In this document: positions 30,801 to 41,836 of the stretch, in pieces
How the letters are laid out: every line of letters begins with the position of its first letter
Numbering within the stretch: the stretch's first letter is position 1
Source of the DNA: Candidatus Poribacteria bacterium
GTDB taxonomy: Bacteria; Poribacteria; WGA-4E; JAJDTR01
NCBI GenBank assembly: GCA_965222225.1
Contig: CBDCTK010000002.1
Location: forward strand, 4,736,001-4,800,000
DNA length: 64,000 bases
Reading direction: 5' to 3'
The notes under the pieces: model-generated
The model's input: the letters and a program-made list of their open reading frames with translations, nothing else
Database searches by the model: none
Told to the model about the DNA's origin: nothing
Program-made: the position numbers and the translations under genes

Positions 30801-31080
30801 TATTTGTTCTCCTTAGTAAACTTGCGTTGTGAAGGGAAGATTCCCCATTTAAGTGTCTGCCTGAATCGCCTACCTGTGCATACAACACCACACAAAGAGG
30901 CTTCAAGCATAACAAGAATCGACTATCACTACATGTGATAGTCTGTTATAGGAAGGGCCACAGACCCTCCTACACCGGTAAAACAAGTCGTCCAGGTTTT
31001 TGTAGCCCCAAATACCCAATCTTGTCCGAAATCCTCGTGAGAGTGGCGCTACTCCACCAACGGGATACGCATGGACTCCG

Positions 31081-31842
31081 TTACAAAACATCCAAGACAC
31101 ATTTCGCCGCGTCGCTTAATCGATCGCGTGTTTCCGTCCTGAGGTATTGGCGTTGATTGGTTTGTGGATTCTGGTCCCGACGACAGAAAGCCGAATGAAT
31201 GACACGACGCGGAGCCGTGGTTTTATTCAGCGCTCCGCCGTGCCAAAGATGTGAGTTGAAAACCAGTACAGAACCGGCAGGTGCCACAACCTGAATCTCG
31301 TCAGGTTGTGTGGAAACGGGATCTGCTAATTCATCTTGCGGTCTTTTCTCACTGCGATGAGACCCGGGAACGATTCGCGTTGCGCCATTCTCCACAGTGA
31401 AATCGTCTAGCAACCATCCGGAGTTACAGACGTAATAATCTCCCGGCACAACGGGACTGTCCCAATCCGAGTGCAATCCCTGTAATCCGGCGTTTGGCAA
31501 CGCGGCTCGACTATTCAGCGAATTCAACTTCAGTTCTGGTCCGAGGACATTAACTATAGCCGCAAGCAAGCATGGATGCGTAAAACAGATTTCGAAGATC
31601 GGGTCTTTGTTGACCAGATTTGCCAGTCTTGCGGTGCCCTCCTCCTGGTGCACCTCAAGGCCCGCCTTATCTCCCTCCTCTTCCAGGAGTCCATCCAAGC
31701 AGTCGGCAAGCGCGCGGATTTTGGCATCCGAGAGCATGTTCGAAAGTATCAGGTATCCGTCCTCGTCAAGGCGGTGCTTTTCCTCACCCGATAAGGTATC
31801 ATCTCTCACACCTAACGATTGAAGGGCATCTTTGATATTCAT
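31081..31842 (-). CDS. PhyH-family dioxygenase
   Basis: LHSDW, LDDFTVENGATRIVPGSH, LWHGG. Confidence 0.92.
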   Translation of the reverse strand: MNIKDALQSLGVRDDTLSGEEKHRLDEDGYLILSNMLSDAKIRALADCLDGLLEEEGDKAGLEVHQEEGTARLANLVNKDPIFEICFTHPCLLAAIVNVLGPELKLNSLNSRAALPNAGLQGLHSDWDSPVVPGDYYVCNSGWLLDDFTVENGATRIVPGSHRSEKRPQDELADPVSTQPDEIQVVAPAGSVLVFNSHLWHGGALNKTTAPRRVIHSAFCRRDQNPQTNQRQYLRTETRDRLSDAAKCVLDVL

Positions 31843-31922
31843 GGTTCCTCACTATTCACTAACTGATTGTAGTAACAGGAATACCTAGCAATCTCCTATT
31901 TTCGTCGGACGTGAAGCGCCAA

Positions 31923-32714
31923 CTACACAAGACAGTTGTCCGCACTCAATTCTACTGCTTGGACACTGTGAGCGGTAAATGGCGTATCTTCTACTACACG
32001 CACGTCGCTGTTGTCAATAGCATTAAAAGCGACAATCAACGCGCGTCGCGGATTCTCGGATATGTTATGGGAAGAGGCGTGCATTGTGTTGCTGTGCCAA
32101 GCGGCAAGCGTTCCAGGCGGCCCGACAAATTTTACCCGATGATAACGACGGCAGTGGTTTGTCATTTCCCTCGCCGGAATTGCCAATTGGTTTTCACCCG
32201 TTGATTCGCGCGGCTCGTAACGGTGCTCCACCACGCCACTTTGGTGCGAACCTGCAAGCACCTGCATGCAGGCGTTGTCTTCGGTGTGTTCATCAAGCAT
32301 CAATAAGCACGATCCCATGGTTGGCTTGCTGTGATTCCGTCGCCAATAACCGAAGTCTTGATGCCAATACTGCACGGAACCGACGAACGGCGCCTTGAAG
32401 GCGAGTTTACTATGGTAAACATAAAGCGGAACACCCATCAACTCCTGCATTACACCGGCGAGGCGCGGATGACTGCATAGTGGTGCGAAACAGGAATCAG
32501 TCTTATGTAGGCCAAACTGCAATCGAGGCGTCTCCCCGTCTTCGACCGCCACACTCCCCTTGTTCCTGCCAGCAGCGTCAACGACTAAGTGTTCCGTATC
32601 CAGATACTTCAGATCGTTCATGACGACCCCAACCTCGTGATGGCTAAACATCTCTGGCAGAACGATGTAACCATTTTCTCGAAATAAACGTCTCTGGTCC
32701 GGCGTCGTTACCAT
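31923..32714 (-). CDS. PhyH-family dioxygenase
   Basis: WHQDFGYW, NACMQVLAGSH, HASSHN. Confidence 0.92.
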   Translation of the reverse strand: MVTTPDQRRLFRENGYIVLPEMFSHHEVGVVMNDLKYLDTEHLVVDAAGRNKGSVAVEDGETPRLQFGLHKTDSCFAPLCSHPRLAGVMQELMGVPLYVYHSKLAFKAPFVGSVQYWHQDFGYWRRNHSKPTMGSCLLMLDEHTEDNACMQVLAGSHQSGVVEHRYEPRESTGENQLAIPAREMTNHCRRYHRVKFVGPPGTLAAWHSNTMHASSHNISENPRRALIVAFNAIDNSDVRVVEDTPFTAHSVQAVELSADNCLV

Positions 32715-32954
32715 AATTCCTCTTTCAGTAAACCCGCTAATAGCGTGATGACAGAAAGCGGCACCACCAATTCAAAAATAGCAGTACCCTAACTTTTCCA
32801 TCCTATCACATCTTATCAATTCTGTCAACACATTTTGCATAATCATGGCAATCGTGTCCGATTATAGAGATCGCTTACTACCCCTCGACTCTTTCTCTCC
32901 TCCATATCTCCCTACATTCAGATGTTTTTCCCCTCCCTATCACCTAGATATTGC

Positions 32955-32983
32955 TTTACAAAAGGTGTAGTCGGGTATATAAT
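32955..32983 (+). promoter_or_regulatory. Putative sigma70 promoter
   Basis: TTTACA-17-TATAAT upstream of the gene at 33056. Confidence 0.55.
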
Positions 32984-33055
32984 TTAATCCTGTTCTAGAG
33001 CTTCTAGAAATAATTCATCTTCGTTGGTCCGTGTGATAAACATTGGGAGGTTGTT

Positions 33056-35434
33056 TTGGAAAGTCGAAATGAACCTATCTCTCCAGAGCTGATTGAAACA
33101 TTGGACAAGATTCAGCAACGCGTCCTATGGCTCGCAACGCTGATGATCCACCATGCGAACCAAGTGCGTCCAAGTTCCGACGATGTGAAGGTTGGTGGAC
33201 ATCAGGCTTCCTCTGCGTCTGTTGTCTCGATTATGACCGCGCTCTATTTTGATTTTCTCAGGTCGGGAGACCGTGTATCCATCAAACCCCACGCCTCACC
33301 GGTCTTTCATGCTATTCAATACCTCTTGGGGCAACTGCCTCCGGAGTATCTGACCATGTTTCGCTCGTATGGCGGACTGCAAGCGTATCCCAGTAGGACC
33401 AAGGACCCGGACACGGTTGATTTTTCTACCGGCTCGGTGGGTCTCGGAGCCGTGGCGCCTGCCTTCGGCGCATTAGTCCATCGTTACGCTCTGTCTCATT
33501 TCGGTGAAGTTAGTTCACGTCGGTTCGTGGGGCTAATCGGAGATGCTGAGTTGGATGAAGGCAACGTATGGGAGGCAATTCTCGAACAAACCCTCACCGG
33601 TTTGGATAATCTGCTCTGGATCGTCGATCTTAATCGTCAGAGTCTCGATCGGGTTGTTCCCGGTATTCGGGCAGGCCAACTTGAGAAACTCTTTGAAGAG
33701 AGCGGATGGCGCGTCCTTGAAGCCAAGTATGGCCGTGTTCTGCAAGGACTCTTCAACCAGCCGGGCGGGGCTGCGCTAAATCGCCGAATTGATGAGATGA
33801 ACAACGAAGAATATCAGGCGCTGATTCGGCTACCGGGTGACGAACTTCGATCGCGTGTCATCTCCGTGGACGGCGTCGATGATTCCGAACTTGCATCGGT
33901 CATCCAACACATCTCCGATGAGGAATTGCCGACTGTGTTGAGTAATCTTGGTGGACACGACCTTGAGGAATTGCTGACCTTACTGCGGCAAGTTAACGAT
34001 GGGGATGACGACCGACCCACGATTATTTTCGCGTACACAATCAAGGGATGGGGAACCCCTATCGCCGGCCACCCCCTGAATCACTCCATGTTCCTAACAG
34101 AGGAACAAATTGAGGTGCTTCGAGTAACGTTGGGTGTACCGGATGCTGATGATTGGTCTCGGTTTACTCCTGACGGTACCGCGGGACAACTATGCAGCGA
34201 AGTGGCTGCACGACTCTTTCCCGAAACAACACCCTCTGTCGAGAAACTCTCCCCGGATAGCGTTCCGGCAGTGCTTTCGACCCCGACAAAGGGTACCCTG
34301 AGTACCCAGCAGGCTTTCGGCCGTTTGTTGATGTCGCTATCTCGCCTACCCAAGTTATCGGACCGTATCGTGACAACTTCGCCCGACGTTTCAGTGTCCA
34401 CCAATCTGTCGGGTTGGATACTCAAAACCGGCGTCTACGCCCCCGAAGAGTTGCCCGAATATGACACCGACGTCAACCAACTCAGAAGTTGGCGGTACGG
34501 TCCATACGGACAGCACATCGAATTAGGCATTTCCGAGATGAACTTTTTCATGCTTCTTGGTATGCTCGGATTGTCAACCGAACTCTGCGGACAACATCTG
34601 ATTCCGATTGGCACGGTCTACGATCCCTTTGTGTGTCGAGGTCTCGACGCGCTAATTTACGCCCAATACTCAGGTGCAAAGTTTATTTTCGCTGGCACAC
34701 CATCAGGAATTACGCTGGCGCCGGAGGGGGGAGCGCATCAGTCGATTGTAACACCTTCGCTATGCGGCGAGATTCCAGGGCTAAACGCATACGAACCCTG
34801 TTTTGCTCAGGAACTGGAATGGATCCTGCTAGACGCGGTGCGACAGTGTTGCGACCGAGATTCCGGAAGATCGACTTATCTCAGGCTCTCCACCAAACCA
34901 ATCGATCAACAATTGTTTTCTTCAGCCTTGGAACGTTTGGGAGAGGAGGAATTGCAGCGTCAAGTGTTAGCCGGTGGTTACCGATTGGTCGACTGGCGTA
35001 ATGCGGATCCCGTTCATCCGAGGGAACGTCTCCTCCATATCGCCACAACGGGTGTGATGATACCGGAAGCCGTTAAAGCCGCCGTGGAGCTTCAAAGCAG
35101 AGGCGCCGCGGTCAATGTACTGAACCTTACGAGCGCGCGTCGATTATTTGAAACTTGGCAAGCGTTGCAGTGGGAGCAGAAACCGGGACCTTTTGATTGG
35201 CTCATCCCACCCAATGAAAGACATGCTCCGATTATCACCGTGCAGGACGGAGCATCTCACACTCTCGCATGGCTGGGGAGCGTTTACGGAACGACTGTCA
35301 TGCCCTTGGGAGTTGATGAATTTGGGCAGTCGGGTACGCCGCAGGATTTATATGAACATTTTGGGATTGACGCCGAAGGGATTGTTGAAGCTGGATTGGT
35401 TGCCTTAAATCGCTACGGTTTGTTTACGCAATGA
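33056..35434 (+). CDS. Homodimeric 2-oxo-acid dehydrogenase E1 (AceE/transketolase-like ThDP enzyme)
   Basis: KVGGHQAS, STGSVGLG, GDAELDEG..N, ELGISE, EGGAHQS, GVDEFGQSG. Confidence 0.9.
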   Translation: MESRNEPISPELIETLDKIQQRVLWLATLMIHHANQVRPSSDDVKVGGHQASSASVVSIMTALYFDFLRSGDRVSIKPHASPVFHAIQYLLGQLPPEYLTMFRSYGGLQAYPSRTKDPDTVDFSTGSVGLGAVAPAFGALVHRYALSHFGEVSSRRFVGLIGDAELDEGNVWEAILEQTLTGLDNLLWIVDLNRQSLDRVVPGIRAGQLEKLFEESGWRVLEAKYGRVLQGLFNQPGGAALNRRIDEMNNEEYQALIRLPGDELRSRVISVDGVDDSELASVIQHISDEELPTVLSNLGGHDLEELLTLLRQVNDGDDDRPTIIFAYTIKGWGTPIAGHPLNHSMFLTEEQIEVLRVTLGVPDADDWSRFTPDGTAGQLCSEVAARLFPETTPSVEKLSPDSVPAVLSTPTKGTLSTQQAFGRLLMSLSRLPKLSDRIVTTSPDVSVSTNLSGWILKTGVYAPEELPEYDTDVNQLRSWRYGPYGQHIELGISEMNFFMLLGMLGLSTELCGQHLIPIGTVYDPFVCRGLDALIYAQYSGAKFIFAGTPSGITLAPEGGAHQSIVTPSLCGEIPGLNAYEPCFAQELEWILLDAVRQCCDRDSGRSTYLRLSTKPIDQQLFSSALERLGEEELQRQVLAGGYRLVDWRNADPVHPRERLLHIATTGVMIPEAVKAAVELQSRGAAVNVLNLTSARRLFETWQALQWEQKPGPFDWLIPPNERHAPIITVQDGASHTLAWLGSVYGTTVMPLGVDEFGQSGTPQDLYEHFGIDAEGIVEAGLVALNRYGLFTQ

Positions 35435-35481
35435 CGCTATCGCTATCTGGTTCATGTTGAACTTTGTTCAAATGGATAGGG

Positions 35482-37317
35482 CTAGTTGATGTCCTCGTCG
35501 CTTACGAAACGTGTTACCCTCCGCCAACGAGGTGCGTCGTCGCTATAGTGTTGTCGTTGGTACAGTGGACAGTAACGACCGGGCGGATCTATTGAGATGA
35601 CCTCATTGCCTTTTCGCACCAGCGTGTAGGGCCGCTTTTCTATGTGTGCGTGGTCTGTTCGCTTATAGATTGGGAAGGTTAAAATGACTACGTCTCCGGG
35701 CTTAACCGAGCCGACCTTGGCATAACGCCCCTTCCATTCCAGGCGGCGATCCTTGTCGTTCACCGCGCATCGCGTTTCTACCGGAGTGACCCACTCGGGA
35801 ATCCGTATCGACAAATCAACACCTCGCTTGACCTTCACATCGACTCGTCCCTGATACGGGATATAGCTGTCCACGTCTGCCCATTTTGAAGCCCGGTTCA
35901 ACAGAAGATTAATCTTCAATTTACCGTCTTGATACCGCAGCATGCGTTCCCATATCCAGTATAGCACTTTGGAACCGTTTGCCGTACAGCAGTGCCCTAG
36001 TACGTGAAGGTGCGCACCGGCATACCAGTCATTGGGATCCGGTCCTCCGGCAAACGCCCCGATATTTCTCTCAGCTACCCGCTCCGTGGTACTATAAGGT
36101 TCTATGGGAAAATCCTGAGGTAAGCGCCCAATCCAATCAATATTGGTCAACTGTGCTTCGGCTAGGTGATTGCGAATCCATCGGTCGGCATCGTCCCAAT
36201 AATCGCCTATCCCGGCTTCACTCAATCGCAACGCGATTGCAATCATGTCCGACAGTTGACACGTCTCGCCCTTTTCGCCCATGTGACTGTTTGCCCATTC
36301 CGGAAAGAATCCAATCAAATTAGCCCCGGGCGTTTTAACGACGCGCAGCCCTGTTTCGTGAATCTGGTTAGTTAGCAGGTTTCTTGCTTTTTCATAGCCC
36401 TGCACGACAAACTCCATCATCTCCTCGTCATCGGCGGCTTCGGCATATTCCTGCATGGCTAACAGACCACGGGCGTGGGCGTGAAAATGGGCGCGCGCGG
36501 CGACTCCCGGTGACGCAATAAAACTCCCGTCCGGCGCATAGAAGTTGTGACGAAGGTAATTGATTATTTTTCTTGCCGTCGTCAACGCCGGCTCATATCC
36601 CAATACCCGATAAGCATGAACTAGACTGTGGGGTGCGACTGACGTTTCAGCTTCAAAAGGATCTGTAGGCATCTGGGCAGAATCGGGCGGATTTTTCACA
36701 CTAAAACAGAAGGATGGCCAAAAGTACGCCAACTCGCCTTCATCCACCGCCAAATTAATCATCCCGTCTACCGCCCGCCTCAACGCCTCCCGCCATATTG
36801 GACTCCCATCGCGCTTCGTGAAGTGCGACATGGTACTAAGCATCGTACTATTTCCCATCGCCGACAGAAGTTGGTTTTTGAACTCGGAACGACGTTTTGC
36901 CTCTTCAGGTTCAACGGGAGACCACACGAAAGCCCAAGGTCGTCCTTCTAAAGGCACGTAATTTAGACCGTCCGGTCCCTGGCTTTTCAGCGTCACCTCC
37001 ATCCACCGACGATCCACATGCAGGTTCATTTCACTGCCGGTTATTAGCCGCATAAAAGATGCAGCCATCATGAACTTACCGGTAGTCGTGCTCTGCCAGC
37101 AACTGTGAAACATGTGTGGCGGGTTGGAACGAAACACTACAATCCAGTAAACCTCGTGGTCGGCTTCGGGATTCGTTGTTTCGGTGAGTGCGTTGAGCGC
37201 AAGCCTAGCCCGTTCAGCGATGTCCAACGTATCCGGCACGATCGCCTCGTACGATTCCCCATGATATTTGGGCAATTCAAAATCCGGAATTTCAGGGTTG
37301 ATATACTTCGTGGACAT
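35482..37317 (-). CDS. Six-hairpin glycosidase-like protein (GH127-like)
   Basis: ETCQ, HCCTANG, SYIPYQG, LSIRIPEW. Confidence 0.65.
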   Translation of the reverse strand: MSTKYINPEIPDFELPKYHGESYEAIVPDTLDIAERARLALNALTETTNPEADHEVYWIVVFRSNPPHMFHSCWQSTTTGKFMMAASFMRLITGSEMNLHVDRRWMEVTLKSQGPDGLNYVPLEGRPWAFVWSPVEPEEAKRRSEFKNQLLSAMGNSTMLSTMSHFTKRDGSPIWREALRRAVDGMINLAVDEGELAYFWPSFCFSVKNPPDSAQMPTDPFEAETSVAPHSLVHAYRVLGYEPALTTARKIINYLRHNFYAPDGSFIASPGVAARAHFHAHARGLLAMQEYAEAADDEEMMEFVVQGYEKARNLLTNQIHETGLRVVKTPGANLIGFFPEWANSHMGEKGETCQLSDMIAIALRLSEAGIGDYWDDADRWIRNHLAEAQLTNIDWIGRLPQDFPIEPYSTTERVAERNIGAFAGGPDPNDWYAGAHLHVLGHCCTANGSKVLYWIWERMLRYQDGKLKINLLLNRASKWADVDSYIPYQGRVDVKVKRGVDLSIRIPEWVTPVETRCAVNDKDRRLEWKGRYAKVGSVKPGDVVILTFPIYKRTDHAHIEKRPYTLVRKGNEVISIDPPGRYCPLYQRQHYSDDAPRWRRVTRFVSDEDIN

Positions 37318-37351
37318 ATTCTTCCTTCAGGGGCATTGCGAGAATCTGTCT

Positions 37352-38236
37352 CTATACTCTCACAAACTTCTGTAGCCGTTCTCCCCTGCCGTCCCCGCCG
37401 ATTTCCGCTACATAGATGCTTCCTTCATCATCGACGCAAATCCCGTGAGGAGCTTCCAACACGCCGCCCTCCGATCCGGCGAATCGACTCAGCATTTCAC
37501 CTTCGGGAGACCAGACGCTCACATGACCGCTTTCTCCCTGCTCGACAACGTAAATTGTATTGTCATTTGTCACCCACACGTCTCCCGGTGCGGTCACGTC
37601 CGTCCAAGTTTCCATGTGCTTCCCGTCCGGGTCGAAAATCTGAATGCGATCATTCTCCCGATCGCAAACAAGGACTCGCCCCGTCTTGTCACAGCCAATG
37701 TTGTGCACCACGGCAAATTCTCCGGGACCACTCCCCGCCTCACCCCATGTCAGCAAATGTTCGCCGATGCTTGAGTATTTGTGGACGCAGCGATTGCCAT
37801 AGCCGTCCGACACATATATGCACCCATCTGGCCCGATAGCTACGCCGGTAGGCATGTTGAACTCGCGCTTGTAGTATGTTACGCCCGGTAAGCCCGGCGT
37901 GCCCCATTCGCGCTCCATGTCACCAAGCAGGGTGTACCGGCGCACCACATGCTGCCACGCATCTGTTAAGTAAACCTCATCATCGGGACCTATGAAGATG
38001 CCATGGGATTGGCTAACCAGATGTGGGGAAATGCCAAATTCGCCGTAACCCCATGAAGTGACAAAATTTCCGTCCTTGTCAAAAACTATGATTGGATGTT
38101 TGCCGCGCGTAAACGCGAAGATGCGTCCCTTCGAATCAATTGCCGCATCCGAGACCAACGAGAAGACCCAGCCTTCAGGCAATTTTGCCCAGCCTTCCAC
38201 GAGTTCGTATCTGTAATCTCCTTCGCCTAACACCAT
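37352..38236 (-). CDS. NHL-repeat protein (peptidyl-alpha-hydroxyglycine lyase-like)
   Basis: FNMPTGVA, YVSDGYGN, CDRENDRIQIF, PHGICVD. Confidence 0.88.
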   Translation of the reverse strand: MVLGEGDYRYELVEGWAKLPEGWVFSLVSDAAIDSKGRIFAFTRGKHPIIVFDKDGNFVTSWGYGEFGISPHLVSQSHGIFIGPDDEVYLTDAWQHVVRRYTLLGDMEREWGTPGLPGVTYYKREFNMPTGVAIGPDGCIYVSDGYGNRCVHKYSSIGEHLLTWGEAGSGPGEFAVVHNIGCDKTGRVLVCDRENDRIQIFDPDGKHMETWTDVTAPGDVWVTNDNTIYVVEQGESGHVSVWSPEGEMLSRFAGSEGGVLEAPHGICVDDEGSIYVAEIGGDGRGERLQKFVRV

Positions 38237-38600
38237 GTTGCACCTCCATATCGCGAAATTGGAATCTAGTTAAGAGTAAGTGAAAACACCCCTGCCGCTT
38301 AACTCAAACTACCCAAGAAAACTGTAATTATCAAGTAGAATATAGACACTCGCAACTCTTCGCTCTTGCGCTCTAGCGGAGCAGAATGTGAAATGGGAGA
38401 AGCAAATCGGTAATGATCGTTAGGTAACGCAAGCCGCGTTGAAATCGATTTTTTTCTTTGAAAGTCGGTTTCCGTAACGGGTCAGCTTCTGGAAACTGCT
38501 CCTCCATACCCCAGCTTGGTTTACCAATCTCTTATTGATTTAGGACTATCAATCCGCGTTAGCAGCACAATGTGTACACCATCTCCGTGGCTAAAACAAT

Positions 38601-39791
38601 TTAATCGAAAAAGTCTGCGTCCTCCTCTGGTAGATACTCCCGCGTTGCCTCTTCATTGAGTTCGACACCCATTCCGGGCTTCTCCCAGACCTCTATGAAG
38701 CCGTCGTGGACAATCGGGTCGGGAAGACCTTCAACAATGTCGTACCACCATTGCGGATTGGCAACCGGATACTCGAAGGCGATATAGTTTTCAGGCAAGG
38801 TCGCCGCAACCTGAACGAGGGCGGCAAGACCGATTAGACCGTCGCCTGTACCGTGAGGCGCCATAAGGATTCCGTGAAGATCTGCGTATTCCGCAACCCA
38901 CTTCAGTTCGGCTATACCGCCAATATCGCACGGGTCAGGTCCGATGATGTCCACGGCACGCTTTTCGATGAGGTCTTTGAAATTCTGCCGAAGGTAAATC
39001 TGTTCGCCTGTATGGATAGGAGTTGACGTGCTCGCCGTCACTTCGCGGTAAAGATCAGCAAACACATAGGGAACATAGTCTCCGGTAATCATATCCTCAA
39101 GCCACATCACATTCAGCGGTTCCAAAGCCTTCGCTAACCTAATCGCGTCGGGGACAGTTAGTCCCGGACCGCAATCCAGAGCCAGCCCCACCTCATCTCC
39201 CAGTACCTCTTTCATTGCCTCCACACAAGCAATCGTGTGCTTCAACCCTCGTTCAGTCAAAGAGCCGCGGTTCGTTCCGATAACACCCTCTCGTATCTCG
39301 CCGTGGAAGAAATTAGGCACCGAGTGCGGCATTGGACTATGAAATGCGATTCCCTGCTTGATGATTGTAAACCCCTCCCGGAGGGCTTTCATCTTTTCCA
39401 TGTCCGCCGCATAGTCCTCGGGAGAAAATCCGTTCATCTCGAATCTGACAGCGCCATTATAAACGCGCACTCTGTCGCGAACCTTTCCGCCGAGCAGTTT
39501 GTACACGGGTAGACCTGCCGTTTTACCCGCAATGTCCCATAACGCCATCTCAATCGCGCTGACCGAGCTGCCCCAGGGCTTGAAACTACCCAATCGGCGA
39601 ATCTTTAGCATGACTCGCTCAATGTCTGTCGGATCCTCTCCAACGATAAATTGCTTATAGAACAGGACGTGCGGTTTCAGATAGAATTTGCTGGCTTCCA
39701 CCTCTCCCAGGCCGCTGATTCCTTCATCCGTCGTTATGCGAATCACGGGGTTTTGACCTAGAACGGTGCATTTCAAATCTGTAATCTTCAT
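38601..39791 (-). CDS. Mandelate racemase/muconate-lactonizing enzyme family (enolase superfamily)
   Basis: SAIEMALWDIAGK, LDCG, WLED, TGEQ, PGMGVEL. Confidence 0.93.
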   Translation of the reverse strand: MKITDLKCTVLGQNPVIRITTDEGISGLGEVEASKFYLKPHVLFYKQFIVGEDPTDIERVMLKIRRLGSFKPWGSSVSAIEMALWDIAGKTAGLPVYKLLGGKVRDRVRVYNGAVRFEMNGFSPEDYAADMEKMKALREGFTIIKQGIAFHSPMPHSVPNFFHGEIREGVIGTNRGSLTERGLKHTIACVEAMKEVLGDEVGLALDCGPGLTVPDAIRLAKALEPLNVMWLEDMITGDYVPYVFADLYREVTASTSTPIHTGEQIYLRQNFKDLIEKRAVDIIGPDPCDIGGIAELKWVAEYADLHGILMAPHGTGDGLIGLAALVQVAATLPENYIAFEYPVANPQWWYDIVEGLPDPIVHDGFIEVWEKPGMGVELNEEATREYLPEEDADFFD

Positions 39792-39848
39792 TTCTGGAGT
39801 TCTCTCGCTTAATCCGCGTTGTTACAGGGCACCTCGCATCAATATCCT

Positions 39849-40520
39849 TCATCGCTTAAACTTCTCACGCAGTTTATCCATGGTAAAGTCCGCAGAATCG
39901 TAGAAGCCGAATACATCTGCTTCGTGTGCGCGAACCTCACCGGCTAGGCGCAGGATGTCTTCAGCATGTTCGGTCGGAATGCGCACACAGCCATCCGCAT
40001 CGGCGAGAATGAGATCGCCGGGCCTTATTCGTGTTTGACCAACGGTGACCGGCTCATTGAAACGTGTTAGGTTAAAAACGCCGTGCCCCGGCACCGTGCC
40101 CCAACCCCAGATTGGCAACCCGACAGCGCGGATGCCTGCCAAGTCCCGCACGCTGCCATCTACTATCGCACCCGCCGCACCAAGGCGTTTATACAACCTT
40201 GCCATTCCGTCTCCGAAGCCGGCACCCCGCCCGGGACGCGAATCGACATCCTTCATCACCGTGAAAAACGGGCCCTCTTGTTGGTGCATGTGCTCATAGA
40301 AGTCAATCCAGTTAATCCTCGGCGAGTCGGGATCATTGGTGGTAATCTCCGCCGTCACGGCGTAGCCGACTACTGTCCCAAACTCCGGCAGTAAATAGCG
40401 GATGTCGTGGCTCGTGTAGTCCTCATTGGGAAGTCCAAACTTTTCGACCATAGCATTAAAGATGGTCGCTGACTCGAACTCCTTGAGTTTCTCAATTATT
40501 TCAGTGTTTCTCTCCGGCAT
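39849..40520 (-). CDS. RraA/HMG-aldolase family protein
   Basis: GYAVTA, FGDGMA, GAIVDGSVRD, PGDLILADADG. Confidence 0.9.
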   Translation of the reverse strand: MPERNTEIIEKLKEFESATIFNAMVEKFGLPNEDYTSHDIRYLLPEFGTVVGYAVTAEITTNDPDSPRINWIDFYEHMHQQEGPFFTVMKDVDSRPGRGAGFGDGMARLYKRLGAAGAIVDGSVRDLAGIRAVGLPIWGWGTVPGHGVFNLTRFNEPVTVGQTRIRPGDLILADADGCVRIPTEHAEDILRLAGEVRAHEADVFGFYDSADFTMDKLREKFKR

Positions 40521-40656
40521 AATTCCTCGCTCCTTGCTAGTTTAGTTATGCTGCAAATAGATTGTCGAAATTTCGAGTACGCTAGACCAAGGACGGGATT
40601 ACAGGCAGCTATCTCGCCTCACGTTTCGCTGATTGTCTCTCCCCATATCTCACGAT

Positions 40657-41760
40657 TTAATGTAGTCTGCTTAAAATAGCCTCAATGTGCCCTGGTCGCG
40701 GATGGTAGATACCACCTTCCACGGTCGTACTCCATTCTGCAATTTGGCACCCCGCGTTAAATGAAAGCGGTATATCTCCACTAATCAGGTAGAACGCGGC
40801 AAACGCTCCTGTGAAGTTGTCCCCGGCACCTGTTGTATTAGCCCCCGTTAGCTCATTTTCAGAGGCGGAGTGTTCAATACAACGCGCTCCTCCGTTTGAC
40901 CGCAACGCCATGTACGCTTCCGGATATCCCGTCAACGCCACTCCGCGCTTCACGCCTAAATCGAGGACAGATTTAGCCGCATCCCGCTTCGACCGAGGAG
41001 TATTTTGTATTTCCTCTTCCAGCACAATTTCCGCCTCCTCTTTCCCCAACACACAGAAATCGATATGTGGTGCTATGGCTCGAAAACCGCCGCTTGCATT
41101 CGTTTTTGACTCGTCGTCTCGAGCTCCCCAAAGCGACATCCGAAAATTTACGGCATAAAATGCGACTGCTCCTTGAAGCTTGGCGCGCTTTAGCACATCA
41201 ACGACACTACACCGGCGTTTCGTTCTGGCATGAGTAATTCCGGTGACGATTAAACCTACGGAATTCAACTCATGCCTACCCGCCGCATTGGTAATCTGCC
41301 GCTCGGTCAAGCTTTCAAAGGCTGCACCCGACCGTGCATACGGAAAAGATCCTAGCTCGTCACGATAACCCTCGAAATAGGCGCCCATATGACCGTGACT
41401 CACACGCTGTACGCTTTTCGAGCCAATCCCATGTTTGTCCAACCATTCAATAAACTGTTCAGAACAAATACAATTGTCATTTCCTACCGCCGTTACTAAA
41501 GCTGTTTGATTGTGCGAACCCTCATTTGCCAAGATATGTCTGGCGGCATTTGTCGCGTTCAGAATGTCTCCCGAAAACCCAATCGAGCCTTTGTCGATAA
41601 GATTATGTACGCCGCAGTCAAGGTTGCCCGGCTTATCAGGTGTATCCAGAACCATTGCCTCGGGGAGATGTCCTGTCCTTACTTCCACCAACGGTTCTCC
41701 CCAACCCAAGATTGAATACGCCATAATCAGTATGAACCCTACAGTCGCCGCTAGAGACAC
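40657..41760 (-). CDS. PfkB-family sugar kinase (2-keto-3-deoxygluconate kinase-like); start uncertain
   Basis: GEPLVE, GDILNA, NFR, TTGAGDNFTGAF. Confidence 0.8.
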   Translation of the reverse strand: MSLAATVGFILIMAYSILGWGEPLVEVRTGHLPEAMVLDTPDKPGNLDCGVHNLIDKGSIGFSGDILNATNAARHILANEGSHNQTALVTAVGNDNCICSEQFIEWLDKHGIGSKSVQRVSHGHMGAYFEGYRDELGSFPYARSGAAFESLTERQITNAAGRHELNSVGLIVTGITHARTKRRCSVVDVLKRAKLQGAVAFYAVNFRMSLWGARDDESKTNASGGFRAIAPHIDFCVLGKEEAEIVLEEEIQNTPRSKRDAAKSVLDLGVKRGVALTGYPEAYMALRSNGGARCIEHSASENELTGANTTGAGDNFTGAFAAFYLISGDIPLSFNAGCQIAEWSTTVEGGIYHPRPGHIEAILSRLH

Positions 41761-41836
41761 ATCATTTCACAATCACCGAAGAATTTATACTCCTCAAGGC
41801 TGTCAAAAAACAGAAGGGAAAATTTCACAATCGGTT